Shown piece by piece: positions 14,001 to 29,000 of a DNA stretch of 64,000 bases. The position numbers were made by a program, and so were the translations under genes. Below the pieces are notes generated by a model. That model saw only the letters and a list, made by a program, of their open reading frames with translations. It ran no database searches and had not been told where the DNA came from. How positions within the stretch are numbered: position 1 is the stretch's first letter; each line of letters starts with the position of its first letter. This stretch comes from Eledone cirrhosa (Eukaryota): positions 404,674,001 through 404,738,000 of the forward strand of contig OZ024741.1 in the NCBI GenBank assembly GCA_964016885.1. Reading direction: 5' to 3'.

Positions 14001-17000
14001 CACCCTGAATTATTTCTCTCCAATACATTACTTTCCAACATGAATTCTTTCTCTCCAATACATTACTTTTCTACATGAATTATTTCTCTCCAATACATTA
14101 CTTTCCACCCTGAATTCTTTCTCTCCAATACATTACATTCACCATGAATTATTTCTCTCCAATACATTACTTTCCACCCTGAATTATTTCTCTGCAATAC
14201 ATACCTTTCAAACATGAATTATTTCTCTGCAATACATTACTTTCCACCCTGAATTATTCCTCTCCAATACATTATTTCCACCCTGAATTATTTCTCTCCA
14301 ACACATTACTTTCCAACCTGAAATATTTCTCTCCGATACATTACTTTCCACCCTGAATTATTTCTCTCCAATACATTACTTTCCAGCCTGAATTCTTCCT
14401 CTCCAATACATTACTTTCCAACCTGGATTATTTCTCTCCAAACAATTAATTTCCAACCTGAATGATTTCCCTCCAATACATTACTTTCCAACCTGAATTT
14501 TTTCACTCCAATACATTACTTTCAACCCTGAATTCTTTCCCTCCAATACATTACTTTCCACGCTGAATTCTCTCTCTCCAATACATTCCTTTCCACCCTG
14601 AACTATTTCTCTCCAATACATTACATTTAACCCTGAATTATTTCTCTCCAATACAATAGTTTACACGCTGAATTATTTCTCCCCAATACATTACTTTCCA
14701 CCCTGAATTCCTTCTCTCCAATACATTACTTTCCAACCTGAATTCTCTCTGTCCAATACGTTCCTTTCCAACCTGAATTATGTCTCCCCAATACATTCCT
14801 TTCCACCCTGAATTCTTTCTCTCCAATACATTACTTAACATCCTGAATTATTTCTCTCCAATACATTCCTTTCCACCCTGAATTATTTCTCTCCAACACA
14901 TTACTTTACACCCTGAAATATTTCTCTCCAATACATTAATTTCCAACATGAATTCTTTCTCTCCAATACATTACTTTCCTACCGGAATTATTACTCTACA
15001 ATATATTACTTTCCAACCTGAATTCTTTCTCTCCAATACATTACTTTCCAACCTGAATTATTTCTCTCCAATGTATTACTTTCCAACCTAAATATTTTCT
15101 CTCCAATACATTCCTTTCCAAGCTGAATTAATTCTCTCCAATCCTTTACTGTCCAACCTGAATTATTTCTCTCCAATACATTATTTGCAACGTAAATTCT
15201 TTCACTCCAATACATTACTTTTCTCCTCGAATTATTTCTCTCCAATACATTACTTCCCACGCTGAAATATTTCTCTCCAATACATTACTTTCGAACCTGA
15301 ATTATTTCTCTACAATACATACCTTTCAAACCTGAATTATGTCTCTGCAATACATTACTTTCCAACCATAAATAATTATCTGCAATACATGACTTTCCAA
15401 CATGAATTATTTCTCTCCATTTCATTACTTTCCAACCTGCATTATTTCTCTCCAAAACATTCCTTTCCAACCTGAATTATTTCTCTCCAATCCATTACTT
15501 TCCAACCTGAATTATTTCTCTCCAATACATTCCTTTCCAACCTGAATTAATTCTCTCCAATCCATTACTGTCCAAGCTGAATTATTTCTCTCCAATACAT
15601 TACTTTCCGACCTAAATTGTTTCACTCCAATACATTACTTTCCTCCCTGAATTATTTCTCTCCAATACATTACTTTCCACCCTGAATTCTCTCTCTTCAA
15701 TACATTCCCTTCCACCCTGAATTATTTCTCTCCAATACATTACTTTCCAACCAGAATTATTTCTCTCCAATACGTTACTTTCCACCCTGAATTCTCTCTC
15801 TCCAATACATTAATTTCTACCCTGAATTATTTTTCTCCAATACATTACTTTTCAACCTGAAATAATTATCTCCAATACATTACTTTCCAACCTGAATTAT
15901 TTCTCTCCAATCCATTACTTTTCAACCTGAAATATTTCTCTCCAATACATTACTTTCCACCCTGAATTCTTTCACTCCAATACATTACTTTGAACCCTGT
16001 ATTATTTCTCCCCAATAAATTCCTTTCCACCCTGAATTATTTCTCTCAAATACATTACTTTCCACCCTGAGTTATTTCTCTCCAATACATTACTTTCCTA
16101 CCTGAATTATTTCTCTCCAATACATTACTGTCCACCTTGAATTCTTTCTCTCCAATACATTACATTCACCATGAATTATTTCTCTCCAATACATTACTTT
16201 CAAACATGAATTATTTCTCTGCAATACATTACTTTCCACCCTGAATTATTTCTCTCCAATACATTACTATCCACCCTGAATTATTTCTTTTCAAAACATT
16301 ACTTTACAACCTTAAATATTTCTCTACAATACATTACTTTCCACCCTGAATTATTTCTCTCCGATACATTACTTTCCACCCTGAATTCTTTCTCTCCAAT
16401 ACATTACTTTCCACCCTGAATTATTTCCTTCCAATATATTGCTTTCCAACCTGAAATATTTCTCTCCAATACATTACTTTCCAACCTGAATTATTTCTCA
16501 CCAATTCATTACTTTCCAACCTGAATTATTTCTCTCCAATACATTCCTTTCCAACCTGAATTATTTCTCTCCAATCCATTAATTTCCAACCTGCATTATT
16601 TCCCTCCAATACATTACTTTCCAACCTGAATTCTTTCACTCCAATACATTACTTTCAACCCTGAATTTTTTATCTCCAATACATTACTTTTCACGCTGAA
16701 TTCTCTCTATCAAATACATTCCTTTCCACCCTGAATTATTTCTCTCCAATACATTACATTTCACCCTGAATTATTTCTCTCCAATACTTTACTTAACATC
16801 CTGAATTATTTCTCTGCAATACATTACTTTCCTACCTGAATTATTTCTCTCCAATACATTACTTTCCAACCTAAATTCTTTCTCTCCAATACATTACTTT
16901 CCTCACTGAATTCTTTCACTCCAATAAATTACTTTCCTCCCTGAAATATTTCTCTCCAATACATTACTTTCCAACCTAAATTCTTTTCCAAACTGAAATA

Positions 17001-20000
17001 TTTCTCTCCAATACATACCTTTCAAACCTGAATTATTTCTCTGCAATACAATACTTTCCCCCCTGAATTATTTCTCTCCAATACATTAGATTCCACCCTG
17101 AATTCTCTCTCTCCAATACATTCCATTCCACTCTGAATTATTTCTCTCCAATACATCACTTTTGACCCTCAACTATTTCTCTCCAATACATTAATTTACA
17201 CCCTGAATTATTTCTCTCCAGTACATTACTTTCTACCCTGAATTATTTCTCTCCAATACATTACTTTCCAACCTGAATTATTTCTCTCCAATACATACGT
17301 TTCAAACCTGAATTTTTTCTCTCCAATACATTACTTTCCAGCCTGAATTCACTCTCTCCAATACATTCCTTTCCACCCTGAGTTATTTCTCTCCAATACA
17401 TTACTTTCCACTCTGAATTATTTCTCTCCAATACATTACTTTACACCCAGAATTATTTCTCTCCAATACATTACTTTACAACCTGAATTATTTCTCTCCA
17501 ATACATTACTTTCCAACCTCAATTCTTTCTGTCCAATACATTACATTCAACCCTGAATTATTTCTATCCAATACATTACTTTCCACCCTGAATTCTCTCT
17601 CTCCAATACATTCCTTTCCACTCTGAATTATTTCTCTTCAATACATTCCTTTCCACCCTGAATTATTTCTCTCCAATACATTCCTTTCACCCTGAATTAT
17701 TTCTCTCCAATACATTACTTTCCAACCTGAAATCTCTCTGTCCAATACATTACTTTCCAACCTGAATTATTTCTCTCCAATACATTACTTTACAACCTGA
17801 ATTCTTTCTCTCCAATACATTACATTCCAACCTGAATTCTTTCTCTCCAATACATTACTTTACAACCTGAATTCTTTCTCTCCAATACATTACTTTCCAG
17901 CCTGAATTCTTTCTCTTCAATACATTCCCTTCCAAACTGAAATATTTCTCTCCAATACATTACTTTACACCCAGAAATATTTATCTCCAATACATTAATT
18001 TCCAACATGAATTCTTTCTCTCCAATACATTACATTCCTACCTGAATTATTACTCTCCAATACATTACTTTCCAACCTGAATTCTTTCTCTCCAATACAT
18101 TACTTTCCACCATGAATTCTTTCTCTCCAATACATTACTTTCCACCCAGAAATATTTCTCTCCAATACATTACTTTCCACCCTGAATTCTTTCTCTCCAA
18201 TACATTACTTTCCAACCTGAATTATTTCTCTCCAATTTATTACTTTCCAACCTGAATATTTTCTCTCCAATACATTCCTTTCCAACCTGAATTAATTCTC
18301 TCCAATCCTTTACTGTCCAACCTGAATTATTTCTCTCCAATACATTATTTGCAACCTAAATACTTTCACTCCAATACATTACTTTCCTCCCTGAATTATT
18401 TCTCTCCAATACATTACTTTCCCCCTGAATTCTCTCTCTTCAATACATTCCCTTCCACCCTGAATAATTTCTCTCCAATACATTACTTTCCACCCTGAAT
18501 TATTTCTCTCCAATACATTACTTTACACCCTGAACTATTTCCCTCCAATACATTACTTTCCAACATGAATTCTTTCTCTCCAATACATTACTTTCCTACC
18601 GGAATTATTACTCTCCAATACATTACTTTCCTACCTGAATTCTTTCTCTCCAATACATTACTTTCCACTATGAATACTTTCTCTCCAATACATTACTTTC
18701 CACGCTGAAATATTTCTCTCCAATACATTACTTTCGAACCTGAATTGTTTCTCTACAATACATACCTTTCAAACCTGAATTATGTCTCTGCAATACATTA
18801 CTTTCCAACCATAAATAATTATCTCCAATACATGACTTTCCAACATGAATTATTTCTCTCCATTTCATTACTTTCCAACCTGCATTATTTCTCTCCAATA
18901 CATTCCTTTCCAACCTGAATTATTTCTCTCCAATCCATTACTGTCCAAGCTGAATTATTTCTCTCCAATACATTACTTTCCGACCTAAATTGTTTCACTC
19001 CAATACGTTACTTTCCTACCTGAATTATTTCTCTCCAATACATTACTTTCCACCCTGAATTCTCTCTCTTCAATACATTGCCTTCCACCCTGAATTATTT
19101 CTCTTCAATACATTACTTTCCAACCAGAATTATTTCTCTCCAATACGTTACTTTCCACCCTGAATTCTTTCTCTCCAATACATTAATTTCTACCCTGAAT
19201 TATTTTTCTCCAATACATTACTTTTCAACCTGAAAAAATTATCTCCAATACATTCCTTTCCAACCTGAATTATTTCTCTCCAATCCATTACTTTCCAACC
19301 TGAATTATTTCTCTCCAATACATTACTATCCACCCTGAATTATTTATCTCCAATACATTACATTCCACCATGAATTATTTCTCTCCAATACATTACTTTC
19401 CAACCTGAAATATTTCTTTTCAAAACATTACTTTCCAACCTTAAATATGTTCTTTACAATACATTACTTTCCACCCTGAATTATTTCTCTCCGACACATT
19501 ACTTTCCACCCTGAATTCTTTCTCTCCAATACATTACTTTCCACCCTGAATTATTTCCTTCCAATATATTGCTTTCCAACCTGAAATATTTCTCTCCAAT
19601 ACATTACTTTCCAACCTGAATTATTTCTCACCAATTCATTACTTTCCAACCTGAATTATTTCTCTCCAATACATTCCTTTCCAACCTGAATTATTTCTCT
19701 CCAATCCATTAATTTCCAACCTGCATTATTTCCCTCCAATACATTACTTTCCAACCTGAATTCTTTCACTCCAATACATTACTTTCAACCCTGAATTATT
19801 TATCTCCAATACATTACTTTCCACGCTGAATTCTCTCTATCCAATACATTACATTTCACCCTGAATTATTTCTCTCCAGTACATTACTTTCTACCCTGAA
19901 TTATTTCTCTCCAATACATTACTTTCCAACCTGAATTATTTCTCTCCAATACATACCTTTCAAACCTGAATTATATCTCTCCAATACATTACTTTCCACC

Positions 20001-23000
20001 CTGAATTCACTCTCTCCAATACATTCCTTTCCACCCTCAGTTATTTCTCTCCAATACATTACTTTCCACCCTGAATTATTTCTCTCCAATACATTACTTT
20101 ACACCCAGAATTATTTCTCTCCAATACATTACTTTACAACCTGAATTCTTTCTCTCCAATACATTACTTTCAACCCTGAATTATTTCTCTCCAATAGATT
20201 ACATTCCACCCTGAATTCTCACTCTCCAATACATTACTTTCCTACCTGAATTATTACTCTCCAATACATTACTTTCCACCATGAATTCTTTCTCTCCAAT
20301 ACATTACTTTCCAACCTGAATTCTTTCTCTCCAATTTATTACTTTCCAACCTGAATATTTTCTCTCCAATACATTCCTTTCCAACCTGAATTCATTCTCT
20401 CCAATCCTTTACTATCCAACCTGAATTATTTCTCTCCAATACATTACTTTCCAACCTAAATTCTTTCACTCCAATACATTACATTCAACCCTGAATTATT
20501 TCTATCCAATACATTACTTTCCACCCTGAATTCTCTCTCTCCAATACATTCCTTTCCACTCTGAATTATTTCTCTTCAATACATTCCTTTCCACCCTGAA
20601 TTATTTCTCTCCAATACATTACTTTCCACGCTAAATTTTTTCTCTCCAATACATTCCTTTCACCCTGAATTATTTCTCTCCAATACATTACTTTCCAACC
20701 TGAAATCTCTCTGTCCAATACATTACTTTCCAACCTGAATTATTTCTCTCCAATACATTACTTTACAACCTGAATTCTTTCTCTCCAATACATTACATTC
20801 CAACCTGAATTCTTTCTCCCCAATACATTACTTTACAACCTGAATTCTTTCTCTCCAATACATTACTTTCCACCATGGATTCTTTCCCTCCAATACACTA
20901 CTTTCCACCCAGAATTATTTCTCTCCAATACATTACTTTCCACCCTGAATTCTTTCTCTCCAATACATTAATTTCTACCCTGAATTATTTTTCTCCAATA
21001 CATTACTTTTCAACCTGAAATAATTCTCTCCAATACATTCCTTTCCATCCTGAATTATTTCTCTCCAATCCATTACTTTTCAACCTGAAATATTTCTCTC
21101 CAATACATTACTTTCCACCCTGAATTCTTTCACTCCAATACATTACTTTGAACCCTGAATTATTACACTCCAATACATTCCTCTCCACCCTGAATTATTT
21201 CTCTCCAATACATTACTTTCCTACCTGAATTATTACTCTCCAATACATTACTTTCCAACCTGAATTCTTTCTCTCCAATACATTACTTTCCACCATGCAT
21301 TCATTCTCTCCAATACATTACTTTCCAACCTGAATTATTTCTCTCCAATTTATTACATTCCAACCTGAATATTTTCTCTCCAATACATTCCTTTCCAACC
21401 TGAATTAATTCTCTCCAATCCTTTACTGTCCAACCTGAAATATTTCACTCCAATACATTACTTTCCTCCCTGAATTATTTCTCTACAATACATTACTTTC
21501 TACCCTGAATTCTCTCTCTTCAATACATTCCCTTCCACCCTGAATTATTTCTCTCCAATACATTACTTTCCACCTTGAATTATTTCTATCAAATACATTA
21601 CTTTACACCCTGAATTATTTCTCTCCAATACATTACTTTCCAACATGAATTCTTTCTCCCAATACATTACTTTCCTACCTGAATTATTACTCTCCAATAC
21701 ATAACTTTCCAACCTGAATTATTTCCCTCCAATTTATTACTTTCCAACCTGAATATTTTCTCTCCAATACATTCCTTTCCAACCTGAATTAATTCTCTCC
21801 AATCCTTTACTGTCCAACCTGAATTATTTCTCTCCAATACATTATTTTCCAACCTAAATTCTTTCACTCCAATACATTACTTTCCTCCCTGAATTCTTTC
21901 TCTCCAATACATTACTTTCCACTATGAATACTTTCTCTCCAATACATTACTTTCCACGCTGAAATATTTCTCTCCAATACATTACTTTCCAACCTGAATT
22001 ATTTCTCTACAATACATACCTTTCAAACCTGAATTATTTCTCTGCAATACATTACTCTCCAACCAGAAATAATTCTCTCCAATACATTACTTTCCAACAT
22101 GAATTATTTCTCTCCATTTCATTACTTTTCAACCTGAATTATTTCTCTCCAATTCATTCCTTTCCAACCTGAATTGTTTCTCTCCAATCCATTACTTTCC
22201 AACCTGAATTATTTCGCTCCAATACATTCCTTTCCAACCTGAATTAATTCTCTCCAATCCATTACTGTCCAACCTGAATTATTTCTCTCCAATACATTAC
22301 TTTCCAACCTAAATTGTTTCACTCCAATACATTACTTTCCTCCCTGAATTATTTCTCTCCAATACATTACTTTCCACCCTGAATTCTCTCTCTTCAATAC
22401 ATTCCCTTCCACCCTGAATTATTTCTCTCCAATACACTACTTTCCACCCATAATTATTCCTCTCCAATACATTACTTTCCACCCTGAATTCTTTCTCTCC
22501 AATACATTAATTTCTACTCTGAATTATTTCTCTCCAATACATTACTTTTCAACCTGAAATAATACTCTCCAATACATTCCTTTCCAACCTGAATTATTTC
22601 ACTCCAATCCATCACTTTCCAACCTGAAATATTTCTCTCCAATACATTACTTTCCACCCTGAATTCTTTCACTGCAATACATTACTTTGAACCCTGAATT
22701 ATTTCTCTCCAATACATTCCTTTCCACCCTGAATTATTTCTCTCAAATACATTACTTTCCAACAAGAATTCTTTCTCTCCAATACATTACTTTCCTACCT
22801 GAATTATTTCTCTCCAATACATTACTTTCCACCCTGAATTCTTTCTCTCCAATACATTACATTCACCATGAATTATTTCTCTCCAATACATTACTTTCAA
22901 ACATGAATTATTTCTCTGCAATACATTACTTTCCACCCTGAATTATTTCTCTCCAATACATTACTATCCACCCTGAATTATTTCTCTCCAATACATTACA

Positions 23001-26000
23001 TTCCACACTGAATTCTTTCTCTTCAATACATTATTTCCACCCTGAATTATTTCTCTCCAACACATTACTTTCCAACCTGAAATATTTCTTTTCAAAACAT
23101 TACTTTCCAACCTTAAATATTTCTTTACAATACATTACTTTCCACCCTGAATTATTTCTCCCCGATACATTACTTTCCAACCTGAATTCTTTCTCTCCAT
23201 TACATTACTTTCCACCCTGAATTATTTCCTTCCAATATATTGCTTTCCAACCTGAAATATTTCTATTCAATACATTACATTCCAACCTGAAATATTTCTC
23301 TCCATTACATTACTTTCCAACCCGAAATATTTATCACCAATTCATTACTTTCCAACCTGAATTATTTCTCTCCAATACATTCCTTTCCAACCTGAATTAT
23401 TTCTCTCCAATCCATTAATTTCCAACCTGCATTATTTCCCTCCAATACATTACTTTCTAACCTGAATTCTTTCACTCCAATACATTACATTCAACCCTGA
23501 ATTCTTTCACTCCAATATATTACTTTCCACGCTGAATTCTCTCTATCCAATACATTACATTTCACCCTGAATTATTTATCTCCAATACATTAGTTTGCAC
23601 ACTGATTTATTTCTCCCCAATACATTACTTTCCACCCTGAATTCTTTCTCTCCAATACATTACTTTTCAACCTGAATTCTCTCTGTCCAATACATTCCTT
23701 TTCAACCTGAATTATATCTCCCCAATACATTCCTTTCCAACCTGAATTAATTCACTCCAATCCTTTACTGTCCAACCTGAATTATTTCTCTCCAATACAT
23801 TACTTTCCAACCTAAATTCTTTCACTCCAATACATTACTTTCCTCCCTGAATTATTTCTCTCCAATACATTACTTTCTACCCTGAATTCTCTCTCTTCAA
23901 TACATTCCCTTCCACCCTGAATTATTTCTCTCCAATATATTACTTTCCACCTTGAATTATTTCTCTCCAATACATTACTTTACATCCTGAATTATTTCTC
24001 TCCAATACATTACTTTCCAACATGAATTATTTCTCTCCAATACATTACTTTCCTACATGAATTATTACTCTCCAATACATTACTTTCCAACCTGAATTCT
24101 TTCTCTCCAATACATTACTTTCCACTATGAATACTTTCTCTCCAATACATTACTTTCCACGCTGAAATATTTCTCTCCAATACATTACTTTCCAACCTGA
24201 ATTATTTCTCTACAATACATACCTTTCAAACCTGAATTATTTCTCTGCAATACATTACTCTCCAACCAGAAATAATTCTCTCCAATACATTACTTTCCAA
24301 CATGAATTATTTCTCTCCATTTCATTACTTTTCAACCTGAATTATTTCTCTCCAATACATTCCTTTCCAACCTGAATTGTTTCTCTCCAATCCATTACTT
24401 TCCAACCTGAATTATTTCGCTCCAATACATTCCTTTCCAACCTGAATTAATTCTCTCCAATCCATTACTGTCCAACCTGAATTATTTCTCTCCAATACAT
24501 TACTTTCCAACCTAAATTGTTTCACTCCAATACATTACTTTCCCCCCTGAATTATTTCTCTCCAATACATTACTTTCCACCCTGAATTCTCTCTCTTCAA
24601 TACATTCCCTTCCACCCTGAATTATTTCTCTCCAATACACTACTTTCCACCCATAATTATTTCTCTCCAATACATTACTTTCCACCCTGAATTCTTTCTC
24701 TCCAATACATTAATTTCTTCCCTGAATTATTTCTCTCCAATACATTACTTTTCAACCTGAAATAATTCTCTCCAATACATTCCTTTCCAACCTGAATTAT
24801 TTCACTCCAATCCATCACTTTCCAACCTGAAATATTTCTCTCCAATACATTACTTTCCACCCTGAATTCTTTCTCTCCAATACATTACTTTGAACCCTGA
24901 ATTATTTCTCTCCAATACATTCCTTTCCACCCTGAATTATTTCTCTCAAATACATTACTTTCCAACAAGAATTCTTTCTCTCCAATACATTACATTCCTA
25001 CCTGAATTATTTCTCTCCAATACATTACTTTCCACCCTGAATTCTTTCTCTCCAATACATTACATTCACCATGAATTATTTCTCTCCAATACATTACTTT
25101 CAAACATGAATTATTTCTCTGCAATACATTACTTTCCACCCTGAATTATTTCTCTCCAATACATTACTATCCACCCTGAATTATTTCTCTCCAATACATT
25201 ACATTCCACACTGAATTCTTTCTCTTCAATACATTATTTCCACCCTGAATTATTTCTCTCCAACACATTACTTTCCAACCTGAAATATTTCTTTTCAAAA
25301 CATTACTTTCCAACCTTAAATATTTCTTTACAATACATTACTTTCCACCCTGAATTATTTCTCCCCGATACATTACTTTCCAACCTGAATTCTTTCTCTC
25401 CATTACATTACTTTCCACCCTGAATTATTTCCTTCCAATATATTGCTTTCCAACCTGAAATATTTCTATTCAATACATTACTTTCCAACCTGAAATATTT
25501 CTCTCCATTACATTACTTTCCAACCCGAAATATTTATCACCAATTCATTACTTTCCAACCTGAATTATTTCTCTCCAATACATTCCTTTCCAACCTGAAT
25601 TATTTCTCTCCAATCCATTAATTTCCAACCTGCATTATTTCCCTCCAATACATTACTTTCTAACCTGAATTCTTTCACTCCAATACATTACATTCAACCC
25701 TGAATTATTCATTTCCAATATATTACTTTCCACGCTGAATTCTCTCTATCCAATACATTACATTTCACCCTGAATTATTTATCTCCAATACATTAGTTTG
25801 CACACTGATTTATTTCTCCCCAATACATTACTTTCCACCCTGAATTCTTTCTCTCCAATACATTACTTTTCAACCTGAATTCTCTCTGTCCAATACATTC
25901 CTTTTCAACCTGAATTATATCTCCCCAATACATTCCTTTCCAACCTGAATTAATTCACTCCAATCCTTTACTGTCCAACCTGAATTATTTCTCTCCAATA

Positions 26001-29000
26001 CATTACTTTCCAACCTAAATTCTTTCACTCCAATACATTACTTTCCTCCCTGAATTATTTCTCTCCAATACATTACTTTCTACCCTGAATTCTCTCTCTT
26101 CAATACATTCCCTTCCACCCTGAATTATTTCTCTCCAATATATTACTTTCCACCTTGAATTATTTCTCTCCAATACATTACTTTACACCCTGAATTATTT
26201 CTCTCCAATACATTACTTTCCAACATGAATTATTTCTCTCCAATACATTACTTTCCTACATGAATTATTACTCTCCAATACATTACTTTCCAACCTGAAT
26301 TCTTTCTCTCCAATACATTACTTTCCACTATGAATACTTTCTCTCCAATACATTACTTTCCACGCTGAAATATTTCTCTCCAATACATTACTTTCCAACC
26401 TGAATTATTTCTCTACAATACATACCTTTCAAACCTGAATTATTTCTCTGCAATACATTACTCTCCAACCATAAATAATTCTCTCCAATACATTACTTTC
26501 CAACATGAATTATTTCTCTCCATTTCATTACTTTCCAACCTGAATTATTTCTCTCCAATACATTCCTTTCCAACCTGAATTGTTTCTCTCCAATCCATTA
26601 CTTTCCAACCTGAATTATTTCGCTCCAATAGATTCCTTTCCAACCTGAATTAATTCTCTCCAATCCATTACTGTCCAACCTGAATTATTTCTCTCCAATA
26701 CATTACTTTCCAACCTAAATTGTTTCACTCCAATACATTACTTTCCTCCCTGAATTATTTCTCTCCAATACATTACTTTCCACCCTGAATTCTCTCTCTT
26801 CAATACATTCCCTTCCACCCTGAATTATTTCTCTCCAATACACTACTTTCCACCCATAATTAATTCTCTCCAATACATTACTTTCCACCCTGAATTCTTT
26901 CTCTCCAATACATTAATTTCTACCCTGAATTATTTCTCTCCAATACATTACTTTTCAACCTGAAATAATTCTCTCCAATACATTCCTTTCCAACCTGAAT
27001 TATTTCACTCCAATCCATCACTTTCCAACCTGAAATATTTCTCTCCAATACATTACTTTCCACCCTGAATTCTTTCACTGCAATACATTACTTTGAACCC
27101 TGAATTATTTCTCTCCAATACATTCCTTTCCACCCTGAATTATTTCTCTCAAATACATTACTTTCCAACAAGAATTCTTTCTCTCCAATACATTACTTTC
27201 CTACCTGAATTATTTCTCTCCAATACATTACTTTCCACCCTGAATTCTTTCTCTCCAATACATTATATTCACCATGAATTATTTCTCTCCAATACATTAC
27301 TTTAAAACATGAATTATTTCTCTGCAATACATTACTTTCCACCCTGAATTATTTCTCTCCAATACATTACTATCCACCCTGAATTATTTCTCTCCAATAC
27401 ATTACATTCCACACTGAATTCTTTCTCTTCAATACATTATTTCCACCCTGAATTATTTCTATCCAATACATTACTTTCCAACCTGAATTATTTCTCTCCA
27501 ATACATACCTTTCAAACCTGAATTATTTCTCTGCAATACATTACTTTCCACCCTGAATTATTTCTCTCCAATACATTCCTTTCCGCTTTGAATTATTTCT
27601 GTGCAATACATTACTTTACAACCTGAATTATTTCTCTCCAATACATTACTTTCCAACATGAATTATTTCTCTCCAATACATTACTTTCCAACCTGAATTA
27701 TTTCTCTCCAATACATTACTATCCAACCAGAATTATTTCTCTACAATACATTACTTTCCAACATGAATGCTTTCTCTCAAATTCATTACTTTCCAACCTG
27801 AATTATTTCTCTCCAATACAATACTTTCCAACCTGAATTTTTTCTCTCCAATACATTCCTTTCCAACCTGAATTATTTTTCTCCAACACATTACTTTCAA
27901 ACGTGAATTATTTCTCCCCAATACATTACTTTCCACTCTGAATTATTTCTCCCCAATACATTACTTTGCACCCTGAATTCTTTGTCTCTAATACATTACT
28001 TTCCAACCTGAATTCTCTCTGTCCAATTCATTCCTTTCCAACCTGAATTATTTCTCTCCCATACATTCCTTTCCGCCCGGAATTATTTCTCTGCAATACA
28101 TTAGTTTACACCCTGAATTATTTCTCTTCAATACATTAATTTCCACATGAAATATTTCTCTCCAATACATTAATTTCCAACCTGAATTATTTCTGTCCAA
28201 TACATTCCTTTCCACTCTGAATTATTTATCTGCAATACATTACTTTACACACTGAATTATCTCTCTCCAATACATTACTTTCCACCCTGAATTATTTCTC
28301 TCCAATTCATTACTTTACAACCTGAATTATTTCTCTCCAATTCATTACTTTCCAACCTGAATAAATTCTCTCCAATACATTCCTTCAAGCTCTGAATTAT
28401 TTCTCTGCAATACATTACTTTCCACACTGAATTATTTCTCTCCAATACATTACTTTCCAACCGGAATTATTTCTCTCCAATACATTACTTTCCAGCCTGA
28501 ATTATTTCGCTCCAATACATTACTTTCCAATCTGAATACTGTCTCTCCAATACAGTACTTATCACCCTGAATTCTGTCTCTCCAATCCATTAATTTCCAA
28601 CTTAAATTATTTCTCTCCAATACATTCCTTTCCGCCCTGAATCATTTCTCTGCAATACATTACTTTCCACCCTGAATTATTTCTCTCCAATACATTACTT
28701 TCCAACATAAATTATTTCTCTCCAATACATTACTTTCCAACTAGAATTACTTCTCTCCAATACATTACTTTACACCCTGAATTATTTATCTCCATTACAT
28801 TACCTTCCAACATGAATACGTTCTCTCCAATACATTACTTTCCTACATGAGTTATTACTCTCTAATACATTACTTTCCAACCTGAATTCTTTCTCTCCAA
28901 TACATTACTTTCCACCCTGAATTCTCTCTCTCCAATACTTTACTTTCCACGCTGAATTATTTCTCTCCAATACGTTACTTTCCAACCTGAATTATTTCTC

